Shown: positions 23,912 to 37,665, numbered from the stretch's first letter. The stretch: DNA of 64,000 nucleotides from Blastocladiella emersonii ATCC 22665 (GCA_025594325.1 JANHCV010000005.1:1054001-1118000); one strand, 5' to 3'. Translations and numbers: made by a program. Notes: generated from the sequence alone by a model not told the origin.

Positions 23912-25272
23912 GCGGCGATCAACGGTTGGTCGTGTCTGCCAACGCTGCACGACCTGCATTCAATACACGCGCGATTCTCTGTAAACCGTGCATGTGAGGC
24001 TCAATGTTGATCCGAACTCTTCGATGATACGCCCGGTGGGCGCTACCGCGTTCTGAACCGCGCTGCGACACACGCGTGTGTGTCGCGTCCTCGCACCTTT
24101 GAAACTTTGTTGTGCCTAACAAGTACTCGTGTTGCGACGACGGCGAGCAGTACTTGAGCACGTATTCAGGCTTAGATGTCGGCCCGGCCTTAGCCAGCCG
24201 GCCAAAGGTGATGCTCTCAACAGGGCCGGGGGAGTCTGCCGCCACAGGATCCAATCCTGTCTTGGTGTCAACCTCCTCTTCCTCTGTTTCGAACATCCCT
24301 TTTGCGCCGCCTTGTCTTCTAATGGTCATTTTTTAACGAGTTGATTGTCCATTAAAGCCTTCATGAGGGGACCTCATGCGTTTCTCTCGGCGTACCCGAA
24401 ACCTGTCTCGCGCGCGGAGGGACGCGTCAAACAAACACGTGAGCGGCGCGAGACACGATCTGCCGTGACTTGCGCCAGGCCAGGCGCCGCTGCTTCCCTC
24501 CCTTCCCATCCGTCGATCAACATCCTCGCAGCATCTGTGCTTATTCGCGGCCCATCACTCTATGCAACGAACACGGATCTTCGCATGGAAGCGTTGTGAG
24601 CTGCAGGAAACAGCGGCACCGCACTGAGCGCCGACTCTCGGCCCTTCAACGTTGCCGTGCGGGCAGCATGGGGTTTCACCGAGGGCGACATCACCGTGAA
24701 CTACAAGCGCGTCACCGCCAACGGCGCGCAGCACGAGCCGGGTTTCGAGCTGCTCGTCCACTTTGTTGAGCGCGCGAGGTCGCAGGTCGGGAAGCACGTT
24801 GAAGCGTAGATTCACGACGGACGGGTTGGTCGCCGTTGAGGGCGAGGCTGAAGGTGTGCTCGAGGATTGCGCTGGGGCAGCCGAAGACGTCTGCCCGCGA
24901 GCCTGCCCGCGAACAAAGGCGCAACCGGTTCAAGGGCGAGCCATCGTCGGCCGCCCTCACCACTCCTGTCACCGTCCTCCACCACCACTACTTGCCATGA
25001 ATCCAATGAACGAGTAGATACGGCGAAAGAAGCGCACGGCGACGGTGACTCTGGCTGCATCAAGGCCTCGCGCGTACAAGCGCCTCTCCGTCGGCCGGCC
25101 GAAACGCGCACGCGTCCCGCTCGAACAAACTTGGCGGCGATCTCTGACGCGTCCACCAATGCTTTTGTACATGAAATGAAGAAGAAAGCGTTTATTGATC
25201 GCACAAGTATCATGGAGAGCCGATTTCGCTCCTCGCGATGCGTGCCAAGGGTATCGTTACGCGTCGAGGCCG

Positions 25273-25670
25273 CTACCCACGCTTGTTGCCGCGGGTCGGC
25301 GAATGCGGGCGGCGCTGGTCCTGCTGCTTCTGAGACGGCTGCTTCTGCTGCTGCGGAGCAGGGGCGGCCTGCTTGAGCTGCGGCGACTGAGCGCGCGCCT
25401 GCTGCTGCTGCTGAGTCGGGGCGGCAGCCTGCTTGATCTGAGCCGGCTGCGCGCGAGGAGCGGTGGCCTGCTGCTTGAGCTGGTGCTGCTGGGTCTTGGG
25501 CGCGGGCAGCTGCGACTGGAGCCACTGCGGCGCGGCGGCCGAGTCAAAGAGCCACGAGCCCGAGAAGAAGGCGTCGTCGGCCGACGCGTTCTTGGCGCGG
25601 ACAGCGCCGACGGGGATCACGGCAGCGGCGTTGCGCGGGAGCTGGGCCTGCTGAGGCTGCGTACGAGTGA

Positions 25671-25702
<32 letters not shown>

Positions 25703-26214
25703 GCCTTGGGCAGCTGCGGCGCCATCCACTGCGGGACGCGGGCCTCGTCAAACATCCACGCGCCCGAGAGGAACGCGTCGTCGGGGTGCTCGCGCACGGG
25801 CGTGGCGCGGTAGACCTGCGCGGCGGCGGCCGCGGACTGGGTACAGGCCTGCTGTTGCTTCTGGGGAGCGGCGGCGACCGAGGCCTGCTGCTGCTGCTGC
25901 TTGAGCTGGGGCGACTGCGCGCGAGCCTGCTGCTGCTGAACGGTGGCCTGCTTGGGCTGAGCCGACTGCGCGCGGGCCTGCTGCGGGGCCTGCTTCTGCT
26001 GCTGCTGAGCGGCGGCAGGAGCAGCCTGCTTGAGCTGCGGCGACTGGGCACGGGCCTGCTGCTGCTGCTGCTTCGCGGCGGGCGCGTTGTTGTTGTTGTT
26101 CGCGGCGGGCGCGTTGTTGTTGTTGTTCGCGGTGGCGGACTTGGCGTTGGCGGCCTGGGCCTGGTGCTGGTGCACGGCCTGGCGCTGGGCAGAGTGGAGC
26201 TGAGTGCGACCCAT
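25273..26214 (-). CDS. Gln/Ala-rich low-complexity protein, copy 3, 313 aa (diverged type)
   Basis: ATG at 26214 with the same N-terminus and both aromatic modules. Has a 27-bp ANNNNNAPA duplication, a shorter central region and the C-terminus RRPHSPTRGNKRG. Confidence 0.8.
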
Positions 26215-26303
26215 TCTTCGATAGTAGGGAGATTCGTCGGGTACGTGAGCAAGGTATGCAAGCGTGTTGAGCAAGAGGTGGGGAGAGCGGGGAACGGCCC
26301 GGA

Positions 26304-26309
26304 TTTATA
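26304..26309 (-). promoter_or_regulatory. TATA box of Q/A-rich gene copy 3
   Basis: TTTATA on the + strand, same spacing to the ATG as in copy 1. Confidence 0.7.
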
Positions 26310-28669
26310 CGGTCGGAGGCGGTACACGCATGCGGCGGGGACTCGGCGAGTGCAAACGAAGGGGGCACAGGACCGACTGACGGAGAGGCGCAGTGCGAGA
26401 CATGCGAGACGCGAAGATGATGAGCAGTGCGGACCGCGACCACTCAGCGCTCGCCATGGTCACGCCGTGGCGCAGCGCGTCTTTGCTCTCACCGAGAGCG
26501 CCTGGAAAGCTTCGAACGGCCATTTCAGGGTTTCACACATCTATAACGACTCGAGTTAATTAAACACAGACGCCGGCTATATCCACTTAAAATCACTAAC
26601 GGGTTCGAGAGAACGTGATGTGCGCCCGTTTCCTATCCATGTGCTAGATGTTACCCGGCAGTCGAGCAGCGGACTCGTTACCGGGTCGTCGCAGTTGAGG
26701 AGGACAATGACCATGTTTGATACCGACTGGAGGTCGGCTCCGCGGTGGTCAGGTTGCGAACGGTTCAGCATCCAATGCGGTCGGTCTGGGAGCTGAAGTA
26801 CGGCGTTTAAGCAAGTGCGGCGCTGGACAAGGTGCATTGATCACTTTCCGAAGACATTCCCCTCACAGCCAGGAACAAGGTCGAAACGTTGACACACGCG
26901 GTAGTTCCGTTTGAGACAGGGATGTCGAAGTCGAGCTGACGAACTGACTCGAGCTGGGACTCGGCGGGCGACACGGTCACGCTGTGGCTCAGCAGTGCAG
27001 GCGGTGGCGCCGCTGCTTCGATCCGTCCCGAAGCGGCAGGAGCCCTTAACCCGTCCGCACCTCAGTCTTCGGCACTCGTAAGAACAACGCTGCGATGCCC
27101 GAAGCGCAGACACGCAGGAGCGGATCCGCCAAGCCGGCTCGCGACGGTGTCTTGCTGCGGCGAGAATGATAGAAGCGACCCAAGGGGGAAGGAAACTCAG
27201 CCAGCCGATGCCGATCCGTGCCGCCGAGCTCTGCTGCCCGTCTCAGTGCACCACCGGCCCCTCTGGGCGATGCCGAGCGTGCCCACGTCAGCCACCTCGA
27301 GTCGAGAGGGCCGCGCAGATGCGGATCAGATGCGCTGAGCCAGTGAGCGAGTCGTGGAGCGCGAGGATCGCAGAGGAAGAAGGGCTTGGCGGTTCCATTC
27401 GCTCCGTATCGCCAGCTCGAGGCGCGAGCAGCGGTTTGGTTGAGGTGAGGAAGGCACAAGAAGCGCGATCGCGGCAGTTTGCAGCAAGTCATGGCGGACA
27501 ACGGGCACTCGCAGGGCAGGAACAACAACAACAACAACAAGGCGAGTGGGCGGGCGGGTGGTGCCGTACAGTACGTCGCGCGCACCGGGTGTGGTGAGCA
27601 GCGACCGGCCGACCCGACCTCATTCCACCAGCCACGGCGAGCGGCGAGCGGTGCGTTGCGCTCGCGCGCGTCCACGAAACGTGTCGCGTGCGCACCGCTT
27701 CGTGCAGCGGAGCATGTTGCATGTTGCATGTCGTTTGGCGCGTCGCCGCGGGCGCGGAGCCGCGAGCCCGAGCCGCCGTCATGCTTCAGCAGCTGCCACG
27801 TTGGCCGTGATCAAGCCCGATCGTCCGCCCGCCTCTCGCCGCGGCGACGCGACTGCTGCGAAGACGCCGCCGCCGACGACGACGACGACGACGAGAAGCG
27901 AGCTGGCCGGCCCTCTCGGAGCGCGTGACTCTATTTCGTCGAGGGTGGCTCAGCCGCGGGTCGGTGTGTCACCGATCTCGCCACTGCTGCGCTGAGACCA
28001 TCGATGCGGCGTGCGTGTTCCGGAGAGAGTTGGAGTCAGCGCTGCGCCATCAAGGTTTGAGTGTCGTTCGGCGCCCGCCACGGTGTCGCGCGCGCGCGCC
28101 GGCGGGTGTTCCGCGGCGGGTTGCGTTGGCGGCCACGGCGGCAGGCGCGGCGCGGGTGTGAGACACTTGCCCGCCGCGAGTCTGAGCCACCCACCCCACC
28201 GCGCCGACCGCGTGAGACACTCTCACCCCAACGCGCGTTGTGACTTGCAAACGCGAACGCGTCGTGGGTCGCGGTCGATGGCCGTGACCGCCATCGAGAT
28301 CCTGAAGAGGGCAGCAACTGAGGCGAGAGGAGACGGTGGTGGTGGGGAATCTGTACATGATATCTATTTACATGGTACGAGGAGAAGGGAGAGAGGAGCG
28401 GTGCGCGTGCGCAAGCGGCGAGAGGGCGAGGGAAAACACGATTTTGTTGAGCGGCAGCGCACACGGGCGGACATAGAGAGGGGGACTAGGACAGTAACAC
28501 GAGGGTAGAGTCGAGTCGAGCGGGAGGGAGGGAGCGCGCGGCGACGCAAGGAGGAAGGCGAGGGTCTGAGGCGAGACACGCGCCCCGTCGGCAGCGCCCC
28601 CGTCGCGCGCGCACCTGCGCGTCGAGGATGGTGGATGGGTTGTCGTCGTCGATCGGCAGCAGCAGCAGC

Positions 28670-29377
28670 TTAGCGGAGGAGCAGCGGGGCGATGAAGGCG
28701 CCGTGATTGGACAGCGGCGAGGTCGAGGGCGACGGGGCCGAGGTGCCGAACAGCGACGTGATGGGCGACGCGGGCGGATTGGACGCGGACGCGGACGCGG
28801 ACGCGTGCGAGGACGACGACGGCGCGCCGCCGAGGGCCATGGTGGGCATGCCGAGCGACAGCGACGGCATCGAGTGCAGCGCGGCGGCAGCGGCCGCGGC
28901 GGCGGCGGGCGCGGGGCTCCACGCGGGCGACGACGACGGGCTGGAGCCGGCCGAGGAAGTCGACGACGACGTGGACATGCGGCGGCCCGAGAGCGACGGG
29001 AAGCCCGAGGCGGTGGTCGCGGCGAGCAGCGACGCGGCCGCGGTGCTGAAGGCGAGCGGCGACGCGGGGACCGACGACATGGGCGACGCCGAGGTCGCGG
29101 GCGACATGGCCATCATGGACGGCGACGCGGCGGCGGCGGTCGCGCCGTGGTAGTGGCCGTGGCCGTGGCGACCCGAGCAGCCCGTGTCGGAGACGCGCAG
29201 CGAGCGGGCGACGTCGACGCGGCGGCAGAGCTATGGAGGGAGGTGGGAGGGAGAGGAGACGAGTCAGATCGAGGGTTCTTCTCGGCGATCCCGATCGCAA
29301 AGAGTAGTATGTACCTCGGAGCAGTAGGCACCGCCGGTGGTGTGCTTCTCGCAGACGAGGCACCAGGAGAGGTCCAT
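28670..29377 (-). CDS. Ecl1-family (extender of chronological lifespan) zinc-binding protein, 207 aa; exons 29315-29377 and 28670-29230
   Basis: Removing the 84-nt intron 29231-29314 (GTACAT..CTGAC..TAG) joins MDLSWCLVCEKHTTGGAYCSE to LCRRVD, giving the CxxC..YCSxxCRxxD signature, followed by a Ser-rich tail. Confidence 0.8.
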
Positions 29378-32300
29378 GGTTGGTGATGGGTGGTTGATGA
29401 TGATGGTGAAGTCGGGCGGTAGTGGTGCGTGTGCGTCGTCGTCGTCCCGAGGAGTGGTGGTGGACGAGGGCGAGGGCGAGGACGGGAGGCAGCGGCGGGT
29501 TGGTGGTGATCGGCACGGCGAGGTGGGCGGCGGGGGGCCCAGGGCCTTTTGAAGGGCCCGCGGCTGCCGCCGTGCCGGCCGGGCAGCGGTGGAAGGGCCG
29601 GCTGGGCGGGGCGGGGCGGGCGACACAGGCAGGGGTGCGGCGGCGGCAAGGCACGGCGGGCGGGAAAAGAAGAAACCGGCTGGCTGGTGCCATCGATGAC
29701 ACGGATAGCGTGCTAGGCACCCCCGCCAATATGGGAGACGGGGCCGCGGGCGCCCCGAGCACGCAAACCGCCTCAGTCACGCCGGCTCAGCCTCGAGTCA
29801 CCGCTCTCCGTCTCTCATTTCGCGCTGTGCCGCACCCAAGTGAGCATGCGAGCAAACGTGCGGGCGAGCCCGGCCGGGCGGACACGGCGGCGGCGGCAGC
29901 TGGCGGCGGCAAAGTGCGGGGAAGCAAGGGAACGTGCCGCCGCCACACGCTTCCTGGGGCCGCGGCCCTGCTGCTGCTCCCTGCTCGCACTCTCGCATCA
30001 ACACAAGGCTCGCTCTCGCTGCCGCCCGAGTGTCTCCGCCCCCGCACGTGAGCTGATCAAGCTAGGCCGCGTCTCAAGTTTGATGAGCTCCGCCACAGCC
30101 TTGTTCCTCGAGTGCTTCGTGACCGCTCCCCTTGTGTAAATGCTCTACGCACCCGGACGTGCTGCCGAGCGCGCAACTGAGCAGCTGCTGATCGCGCGCG
30201 CGGGTGCACGACTGAGCCACCCCGCACTCGCTGCCGTTGTTGACGGCGTGTCGACTCGCACGCACGCGTGCATGCTCGACCGCGTGCGCGCGTGCCGGTG
30301 ATGGAGTCAAGGGCTTGTTGATCCGCTGGCTTCTGCACCCGCCGGCGGATCGTCGCAGCGGGGGGTGAGGCTGATCGACTCGAACCTTTCTTTGGCCAGC
30401 ATCGATGCTGCTGCTGCTGCTGATGCGATGGATGATGCTCGCCCGCCAACAATGCTTACGAATCGATGTCGACGCATCAGATCCATGTCCATGAGGAACA
30501 TTCTGGGCTCGCGCCATCGACGCGATCGTCTTCCTTTTCGTCACGGCCACGTCCTCGATCCCAAGTTGCACCCGCACCACCGGTGGCCATGGAACCCGAT
30601 GGACGGCGGCGTCACCCACCGTGGTCGCCATGACCGTCATCGGGGCCAACCGGACCGGATCGACCCGACTCGCCGACGACTGTCTCAGGTCGGCGTGTCT
30701 CTCTCTCTCACTCCACACCTTTCTGCCGGCGCTCCCTTGTCCATCTTCACCTGCCATGAGAGCAATCGTAGCTCGATGCAACGCAATGAACGTCGCGCCC
30801 CGAGCGCCGCAGCGGCATCGCCGCCGCCGCCCGAGTCAGGCGACCTCGCTCTCATGTATCAGCGGCTGCCGCCACGGTCACGGCACCGACACCGCGCGCG
30901 TGTTATTCTTCCGGGCGCGCCCCTGGATCCGCTCTTCCGCCCTTCCGCCGACTTTTGTGGTCGACGGCAACGCGGCGTTTGCGGCTGCTGACGATGGTCG
31001 CCCCGCCACGCGTCGTCGCGTCGCGCGGCCTCTCTACGGCGTCGATCCCCTCTGCAGGCGTTCGTGGCGACGCCTTCACGCAGGCCGACTGCCGCCGCGT
31101 TTCAGTCTTGAGATGAGCCTTGTGCAGAGCAAACCGTGAGCTGCGAGCGACCGTTTGCTCTCTTTCGCTTGACCTTTGCTGAAACTTGGACAAGGCCGAC
31201 CTTGTGTGTGTGCGCGTGCCCTTGTCTAGGGCGACACCTTGTGCGGCTCGTCGTCGTTGAGTGCGACGTCACTGATCCGTCCCTGATGGGCAGCGGCGGT
31301 GGTGCTTTGCCACCTCGCCCAGTCGTCGCCGCTGCCGCCCGCATGCGAGACACTTTCTTCGCACCCACACCAGGCCCCATGCCCGCGAGCACGAGCTCCG
31401 GCATGGAAGAGCATGATGCGCAGTGATGCAATCTCGTCGTTCGCTGCACCAGACAGCGCTCACGCGGCCACGGACGCGCGCGCATGGGGCCTGCCTTCCC
31501 CGCTGCTGCGCCTCGTTGCCTATTTCGTGGCATCATTTGTTAGATCAAGCAGCGTTCGAGTGGCCCCACGCGGGTCCGCCCTTGCCCGTGGCGGCGGATT
31601 TTTGGAGCCAAGCGGGCCCGACCGCCCGAGGGCGTGGGCTTCTGGACTCCTGTTCGCGCTGTCGCGAGCGCACCCCCGCGTGTGTTGCCCGAGTGTGCGC
31701 GCGCGCGCTCCCTCATCGTCAATCAAACTTTGGATGTTCATCTCCCGTGCTCATCTCCCGCCGAGAGGAGTTGCCACGTCGGCGCGATCGGCTCGTTTGA
31801 TCCGACGGTTCCCGCGCGTCGCTCATTGTCGCGCTTCCTTATTCTTCTCTTCGGCCGTGCGTGGGTCGATCACTCTCGCGCGTCCTTGGCCTGGGCCGCG
31901 TCGCGCCGGCCGCGTCGAACAGCGAGGGTTGGTGGTGGACCCAGCGCCACAACGCCACAGCGAGTGCGGGTGCGTGCGTCGGGCGCGTCGCGTCAGGCGT
32001 TGGCGCACGTCGTTCGGCACCCCGCACGACTCGCCGAGCTTTGGGTCAGCTGTCTTGAAAGTTGCGCGATTTTCTCCGAGGTGCTGATCACCATGACCTC
32101 ATTTCGGATCAACTTCGCGTGAGCGCACGAGATGACGAGCGCGATGATCGCCTGACCACCATCCGTCGCAGCTGTCGTCGCGGCCCGGTGACCACGACCC
32201 TCATCGACGACGGGGCCATGTGATGGATCAGCTGCACGCTCTCGTCGGCTGCTGCGGTTTGATGAAGTGCGGGATGCCGCGAGAGGAGCCCTCTCGCGCT

Positions 32301-34054
32301 TGACGCGTGCGCGCCTTCCTCTCTCGCATCGAGGGGGAGAAAAACATGTTGCACTTGGGCACAATGATGGAACACGTTAAGCAGCATCATGTATCACTTT
32401 GAGTCCAGCGCGACCGAGGCCGCCCGCGCGAAGATCAGTGACAGGATCACGCTCGAGTAGCGACGACGGCCGAACGCTTCTTCACCCGGCCCAGGGCCGC
32501 GCGCTGTGAGATCACCCTTCGTCCTGAACGAGAAGGTCTTGTGCGCGACGCAATCAGCCCGCAAGTGACCCACTGCTCCGCGGACACTGGGAGCGGGCAG
32601 CGTCAGGGGTCGTCCAATCTCGCACTTCACTACACTACTCCTGAAGATCCAACCACCGAAATTGATCGTCGCCTGCATCCCATCCATCTATGCCCGGGGT
32701 CCGCGGACGGGTAAACGTGTGCGCCGTGCGGAGCGTTGCTTGTTCGCTGTGATCCGCCCCGCGCGTGTCGCGACCAAGTTCCCACGCTTCCCCGCGCGCG
32801 CGCCGTTCGCGGTTTGCGGGGGGAAGGAGCGGCCGAGACGCGGGCTGCTTCGCTTCCTTCCGCGAACATGGCCTTCCCCCCGCTCGTTCGCCCTCTCAGC
32901 CCTTGACCGCCCTTCACAGTTGACGCAGTGTGTGTCACAACGCGTTAACGACATTGTTCGTAGGCCGCAGTGAGAGATTGAGAGACACGATGATCGCGCA
33001 GAGGGCCGGTCACCGTCTCCCGCGCCGTCCTTGCTTCAGGGATCCAAGTTTGGGCGCGGAGGACCGTCGCTCGACAAGGTTTCTTCGCAAGCAACTTCCG
33101 TTACGGTTCACGGCGTAGACAACAACGATCCGTCAGGGTGATGGCCGTTGACTCAGTCTCGCGAGCTGAACAAGGTTCGTCTCCCACCTTCTCCGCCGAC
33201 TCGCTCAACGGATCAAGGGTGTCCAATCCGTTCGGTCGGCGAGCGCTTCGAAACTTTGTCGTATCTCTTACTTGCTCAGCAGTTCCCGTCCGACAACGGC
33301 GGTGAAGCTGAGCGAGCGCCTGCTTCCAGCCCCGTCCGTGTTGCGCAGGCTCCCGGTTCATCAATCTACTCGGCCCTGCGAGCGATCATATCATGGTGCA
33401 AGGTGCATGATCAGAGCTTTTTCTGCAAGTTGAGTGTCGCACGAGCAGTCGTTCGAGGGGCGACGCGTTGCGTCGCGGGCGCGAGACACCCGTGTCTCAA
33501 GTGTGGCTCAGCCCACGAGAAGCTCATGTGCTCGTGAGCATGGCACCATCCACCGCTCCAAGCTCGCAACTCCCTCTCATACCCACGCCACAGTTGTGCC
33601 ACCGTTCACACCCAACTGAAGACTCAACGATGGCGCCATGCTCCCCGCACTTGAGGCTCCCGTCGAGGCGACGTCGCCGGTCATGGGAGGGACGGTGTGG
33701 GCGCACGGGTGGCGCTGTTCCTCTCCGAGCGCCTGAACCTTGTCGTCTTCGCTGAGCAGGGTCGAGCGTTGCGATGCGCTCTCTCCTCCATCAATCTCGA
33801 GTACTCGGTCGACAGTTCATGCGCGTGCGAGTCTCCCAGCCGTATCAGTCCTCGCCGTGGCGATCAACCATCGCCACAACCATGGTTCCTGCCGCGAAGC
33901 CCTCGCTGTCGTGGGCCAGCATCCTTCGCCAGCCTAGCTGTACGTCTTCCATCGTCGCTTCTCGACTCGGCGGAGCGTTAAGGGGAGGCGGCTGAGCCAC
34001 CACGACCGCCGACGTGCCGCGGCCGAGTTGCCGGCGCACGTTTTCCGCCTGCTC

Positions 34055-37000
34055 ATGAGCGGCCCGTCTCGCACGGCTGTCTCCACTCGTCTCGCGGGTG
34101 GCTCAGCCGGTCCCTTCCGACCTCCGCCGAGCTGCGGTCCCACGCCTCGAGACGCCCGACTGACACGGTCACGCGCACATGTTCGCGCCGCCCCTCCCGC
34201 CCTCCCGCCCGTAGCGCTCCCGAGCACGCATCCCCGCCCCCGCAACGTATCAACAGCGCACGCGCCACTGCGTGCAACGGAGCACGCAAGCCCTCCCTCC
34301 CACGACAACATGCGTCCGTGCGCGACCACCACGTTCTCGCCTGCTGCCGTGCCTCCCACGCCGCCCTCGGCCTCGTCGCGCCGCTCCTCGAGCGTCATGT
34401 CGTCTACAACCCGCACCTCGGCGCCCGCGAGCGACCCACTCACGCCCGGCCACTCGGTCTCGCTGTCGCGCTCGTCGTCGGCCGCGCACCTGCAGGACGC
34501 CACCGCGGGCGCCGCCGCCGAAGCCAAGGCGGGCGGGTCGCGTCGCCAGCGGAAACGCAGCTCGCGCGCGCGGAAGCGCAGCCAGCGTGGCGGTGCGAGT
34601 GAGGAGTCCGCGACGCCCGTGTCGCCGCAGCAGCAGCCGCGGAATACGACGCCGCCGGGGATCGCGTCGGCCGTATCGTTCTCGTCGGCGTCGAAGCCGG
34701 CCGGCTCGTCGCCGACTCGCCGCCCCTCGGTCTCGCAGGCGCCCGCCCCACCGGTCGCCCGCAAGCGCGCGCCGTCGCTCTCGTCGACGTCGCCGATCCG
34801 CTCGCTCCTCGACGCCGCGCTACCGGCGAGTCTCCTCGACCCGGCGCGCTCGCCGACGTCCGCGACCGACGGCGATGAAGATCTCGTCTCCGCCGAGCCG
34901 CACGATCTCCGCCTGCTGCACCTACTGGAAGCCGCGTCGCCGCTCGTCCCCGTCGCCGTGTCCGCGAGCGCGTCGTGGCTCGTCCTCGGGTGCCAGACGG
35001 GCGAGCTCCTGCTCTTCGACCCCGTCACCTTCAGCCACGCGCACACGCTGCGCGGCCACTCGCGCGCCGTGCTGACGCTGGCCGCGATCGGCACCGACGA
35101 AGAGCTGCTGCTCAGCACGTCGGCTGACGGCACCGTGCGCATCTGGTCCGTGAGCCCGACCGCAGGGGACCCGCGCGCCGTCTCGGTCGTCGTCGCCGCC
35201 GACCCCGGCAGCGTGTACGCCGCGGTCCGCGACGACCGCTCGCGCACCGTGTTCCTCGGGTGCCAGAACACGAGTCTGCAGTGGTTCCCGTCGTCCTCCT
35301 CATCCGCCACTCCATCCTCGCCCGTTCGTCCCGAGTCCGCGGATGACGACGACGGGCAAGGCCGCGCGACGCTCGCGGCGCGCGAGTTCTCGTACTTTTT
35401 CTCGCCACGCAAGCTGCACGCGTTCCTGACCCCCGCCGAGCGCGACGCGGGCCACCTTCGCCCGGCCGTGATCCCGGACGCCCACACGCTCCCGCACGCG
35501 CACGGCGGGTACGTGTACGCGGCGGCGGTGCACCCGACGCGGCCGTGGCTCATCACGGGCGCGGGCGACGGGTCCGTCAAGATCTGGGACATTTCTTCAA
35601 CAACGCCGTCGCTCGTCCGCACGCTGTACGTGGTCGCGTCGCCCGACGAGGACGGGGACACATACGGCGACGACGAGGAGGCGGGCGTGGTGTCCCTCGC
35701 CGTGGCGCGCGACGGGTCGACGCTGTACGTCGGGTGCCAGGGCGGCCTGATCGCCGTGTGGGACCTCGAGACCACCCAGTGCCTCCGGCGGCTGGTCGAG
35801 CACACGGCCGACGTGACGGCGCTCGAGGTCGCCGGCGACGTGCTCGTGTCCGGCAGCCTCGACGGGAGCATCAAGCTGTGGGCGCAGCGCGAGAACTACG
35901 CGTCGCTCGCATCGGTCACGCACTCGCTCCCCGTCCTCGGCCTCGCCATCGCACGCACCGGCAGCGTCGCGGCCGTCTACGACGACGGCACGTGCCGCGT
36001 GTGGGAGCTGCCCGCCGCGCTCAACAACCCACCCCCGCGCGCCGCCGTGGACCTCGACGCCGCCGGCAGCCCCGCGGACCTCCTCGCCGGCACCTCGCGC
36101 CGCCCGTCGCTCGTCGGCGCGTCCGTCGACGACGCCCCGCACATGGTCGACGCGCTCCTGTTCGCCCTGCGCGGGTGGATCCCGTACCGCACCGTCTCGG
36201 GCGACCCCGCGTGCGCCGAGCAGTGCCGCGCCGGCGCGCAGTACCTCCGATCCATCCTCATGCAGCTCGGCGCGGACGCCACCCTGCTGCCCGGGAGTCC
36301 CGGGCGGAACCCGCTGGTTCTCGGCCGGTTCCACGCGCCTGCCGCGCCGGCAAAGGGGAAGGCGGGGGCGAAGCCGGCCAAGCATATCGTCTTCTACGGC
36401 CACTACGACGTCGTCCCCGCTGACCCGACGCAGTGGGAGACGGACCCGTTCGAGCTGACGGGCAAGAATGGGTACGCCGCTTGACCCGTGAACGCACTCG
36501 ACTGGCACTGACCACGCGCGCGCGTAGGGTGCTGTACGGCCGCGGCGTGAGCGACGACAAGGGCCCGATCCTGGCGGCCATCTTCGCCGCCGCCGAGCTG
36601 CAGGAGGCCGGGCAACTCACCTCGACCATCACGTTCCTGATCGAGGGCGAGGAAGAGTCCGGTTCCGCGGGCCTCGCCGAGGCCATCGACGCGCACGCGG
36701 ACCTGATCCTCGGGCCCTCGGGGAAGGCCGACGTGATCCTCATGTCCAACAGCTCGTGGTTCGGCGAGCGCCTGCCGTGCCTCGTCTACGGGCAGCGCGG
36801 CGTCGTGCACGCCACGGTAACCGTCGAGGGCGGGCCCGCCGACCGCCACGCGGGCGTCGACGGCGGCGCCCTCGCCGCCGAACCGCTCCCGGACCTCATC
36901 CACCTCCTGGCCTCGCTGACCGACCCCGCAGCCCCCGCGGCGCGCCGAGTCCGCATCCCGCACTTTTACGACGGCGTCGAGGTCGGCGACCACGCCGCGA

Positions 37001-37665
37001 CGACCGACCACGCCGCGTACGACACCGTCGTCGCCCGGATCCTCGACGCGCGCGGCGTCGCCCCTGCCAACCGCCCCGCAGCCGCGCGGGACCTCAAGCA
37101 GTCGCTGATCCAGAAATGGCAGACCCCGACCCTCACCGTGTCCCGCGTCCTGACCTCGGGCGGCGGCGGCGAAGCGCGCACCGTGATCCCACACCGCGCG
37201 TCCGCGACCATCTCGCTGCGCACGGTGCCCGGGCAGACGACGCCGCAGCTCGTCGAGCACCTGTGCAATTACCTCCGCGCGCAGTTTGACGCGATGCAGG
37301 CCGCGCGCGCGGGCGACGCGAATTCGAACTCGAACTCCCTCAAAATTGCGGTCCCGACGGTCGCCGACTGGTGGCTCGGGTCCCCGCGCGACCCGGCGTT
37401 CCAGGCATGCGCGCGCGCCGTCCACCGCGTGTGGGGGATCAGCCCGCTCGCGGTGCGCGAGGGAGGGAGCACATTGCCGCTGCACTGGCTGCGGCGGCGG
37501 TTGGCTGGCGGGGATGGAGGGAAGGGGGAAGTGCCCGTCGTCAACGTGCCGCTGGCGCAGGCGAGCGACCGCGCGCACCTCGCCAACGAGTGCATGGCCG
37601 TCAAGAACCTGGTCGTCGGCCGGCGCGCGCTGCGCGAGTGCCTGCGGAACCTGCAGGAGCTGTAA
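34055..37665 (+). CDS. DUG2: WD40 + M20 peptidase protein (Dug2-like glutathione degradation); intron 36472-36527; start codon uncertain (34055, 34310 or 34397)
   Basis: WD repeats (STSADGTVRIWS, TGAGDGSVKIWD, SGSLDGSIKLW). M20 motifs FYGHYDVVP, NG|VLYGRGVSDDKGP after splicing a 56-nt GTACGC..CACTGAC..TAG intron, IEGEEESGS and AHLANE. Confidence 0.88.

Larger units (their letters stand above)
22050..26490 (+). repeat. IR2 left arm (AKR + Q/A-rich copy 3)
   Basis: 22050-25463 mirrors 60074-63487 (sum 85537; all six-frame translations identical). The inner ~1 kb is homologous but diverged. Confidence 0.95.

Noticed and set aside
32394-32687. 97-aa ORF in the Ecl1-DUG2 intergenic region
   Set aside because: No recognisable motif and weak codon bias compared with real genes here.
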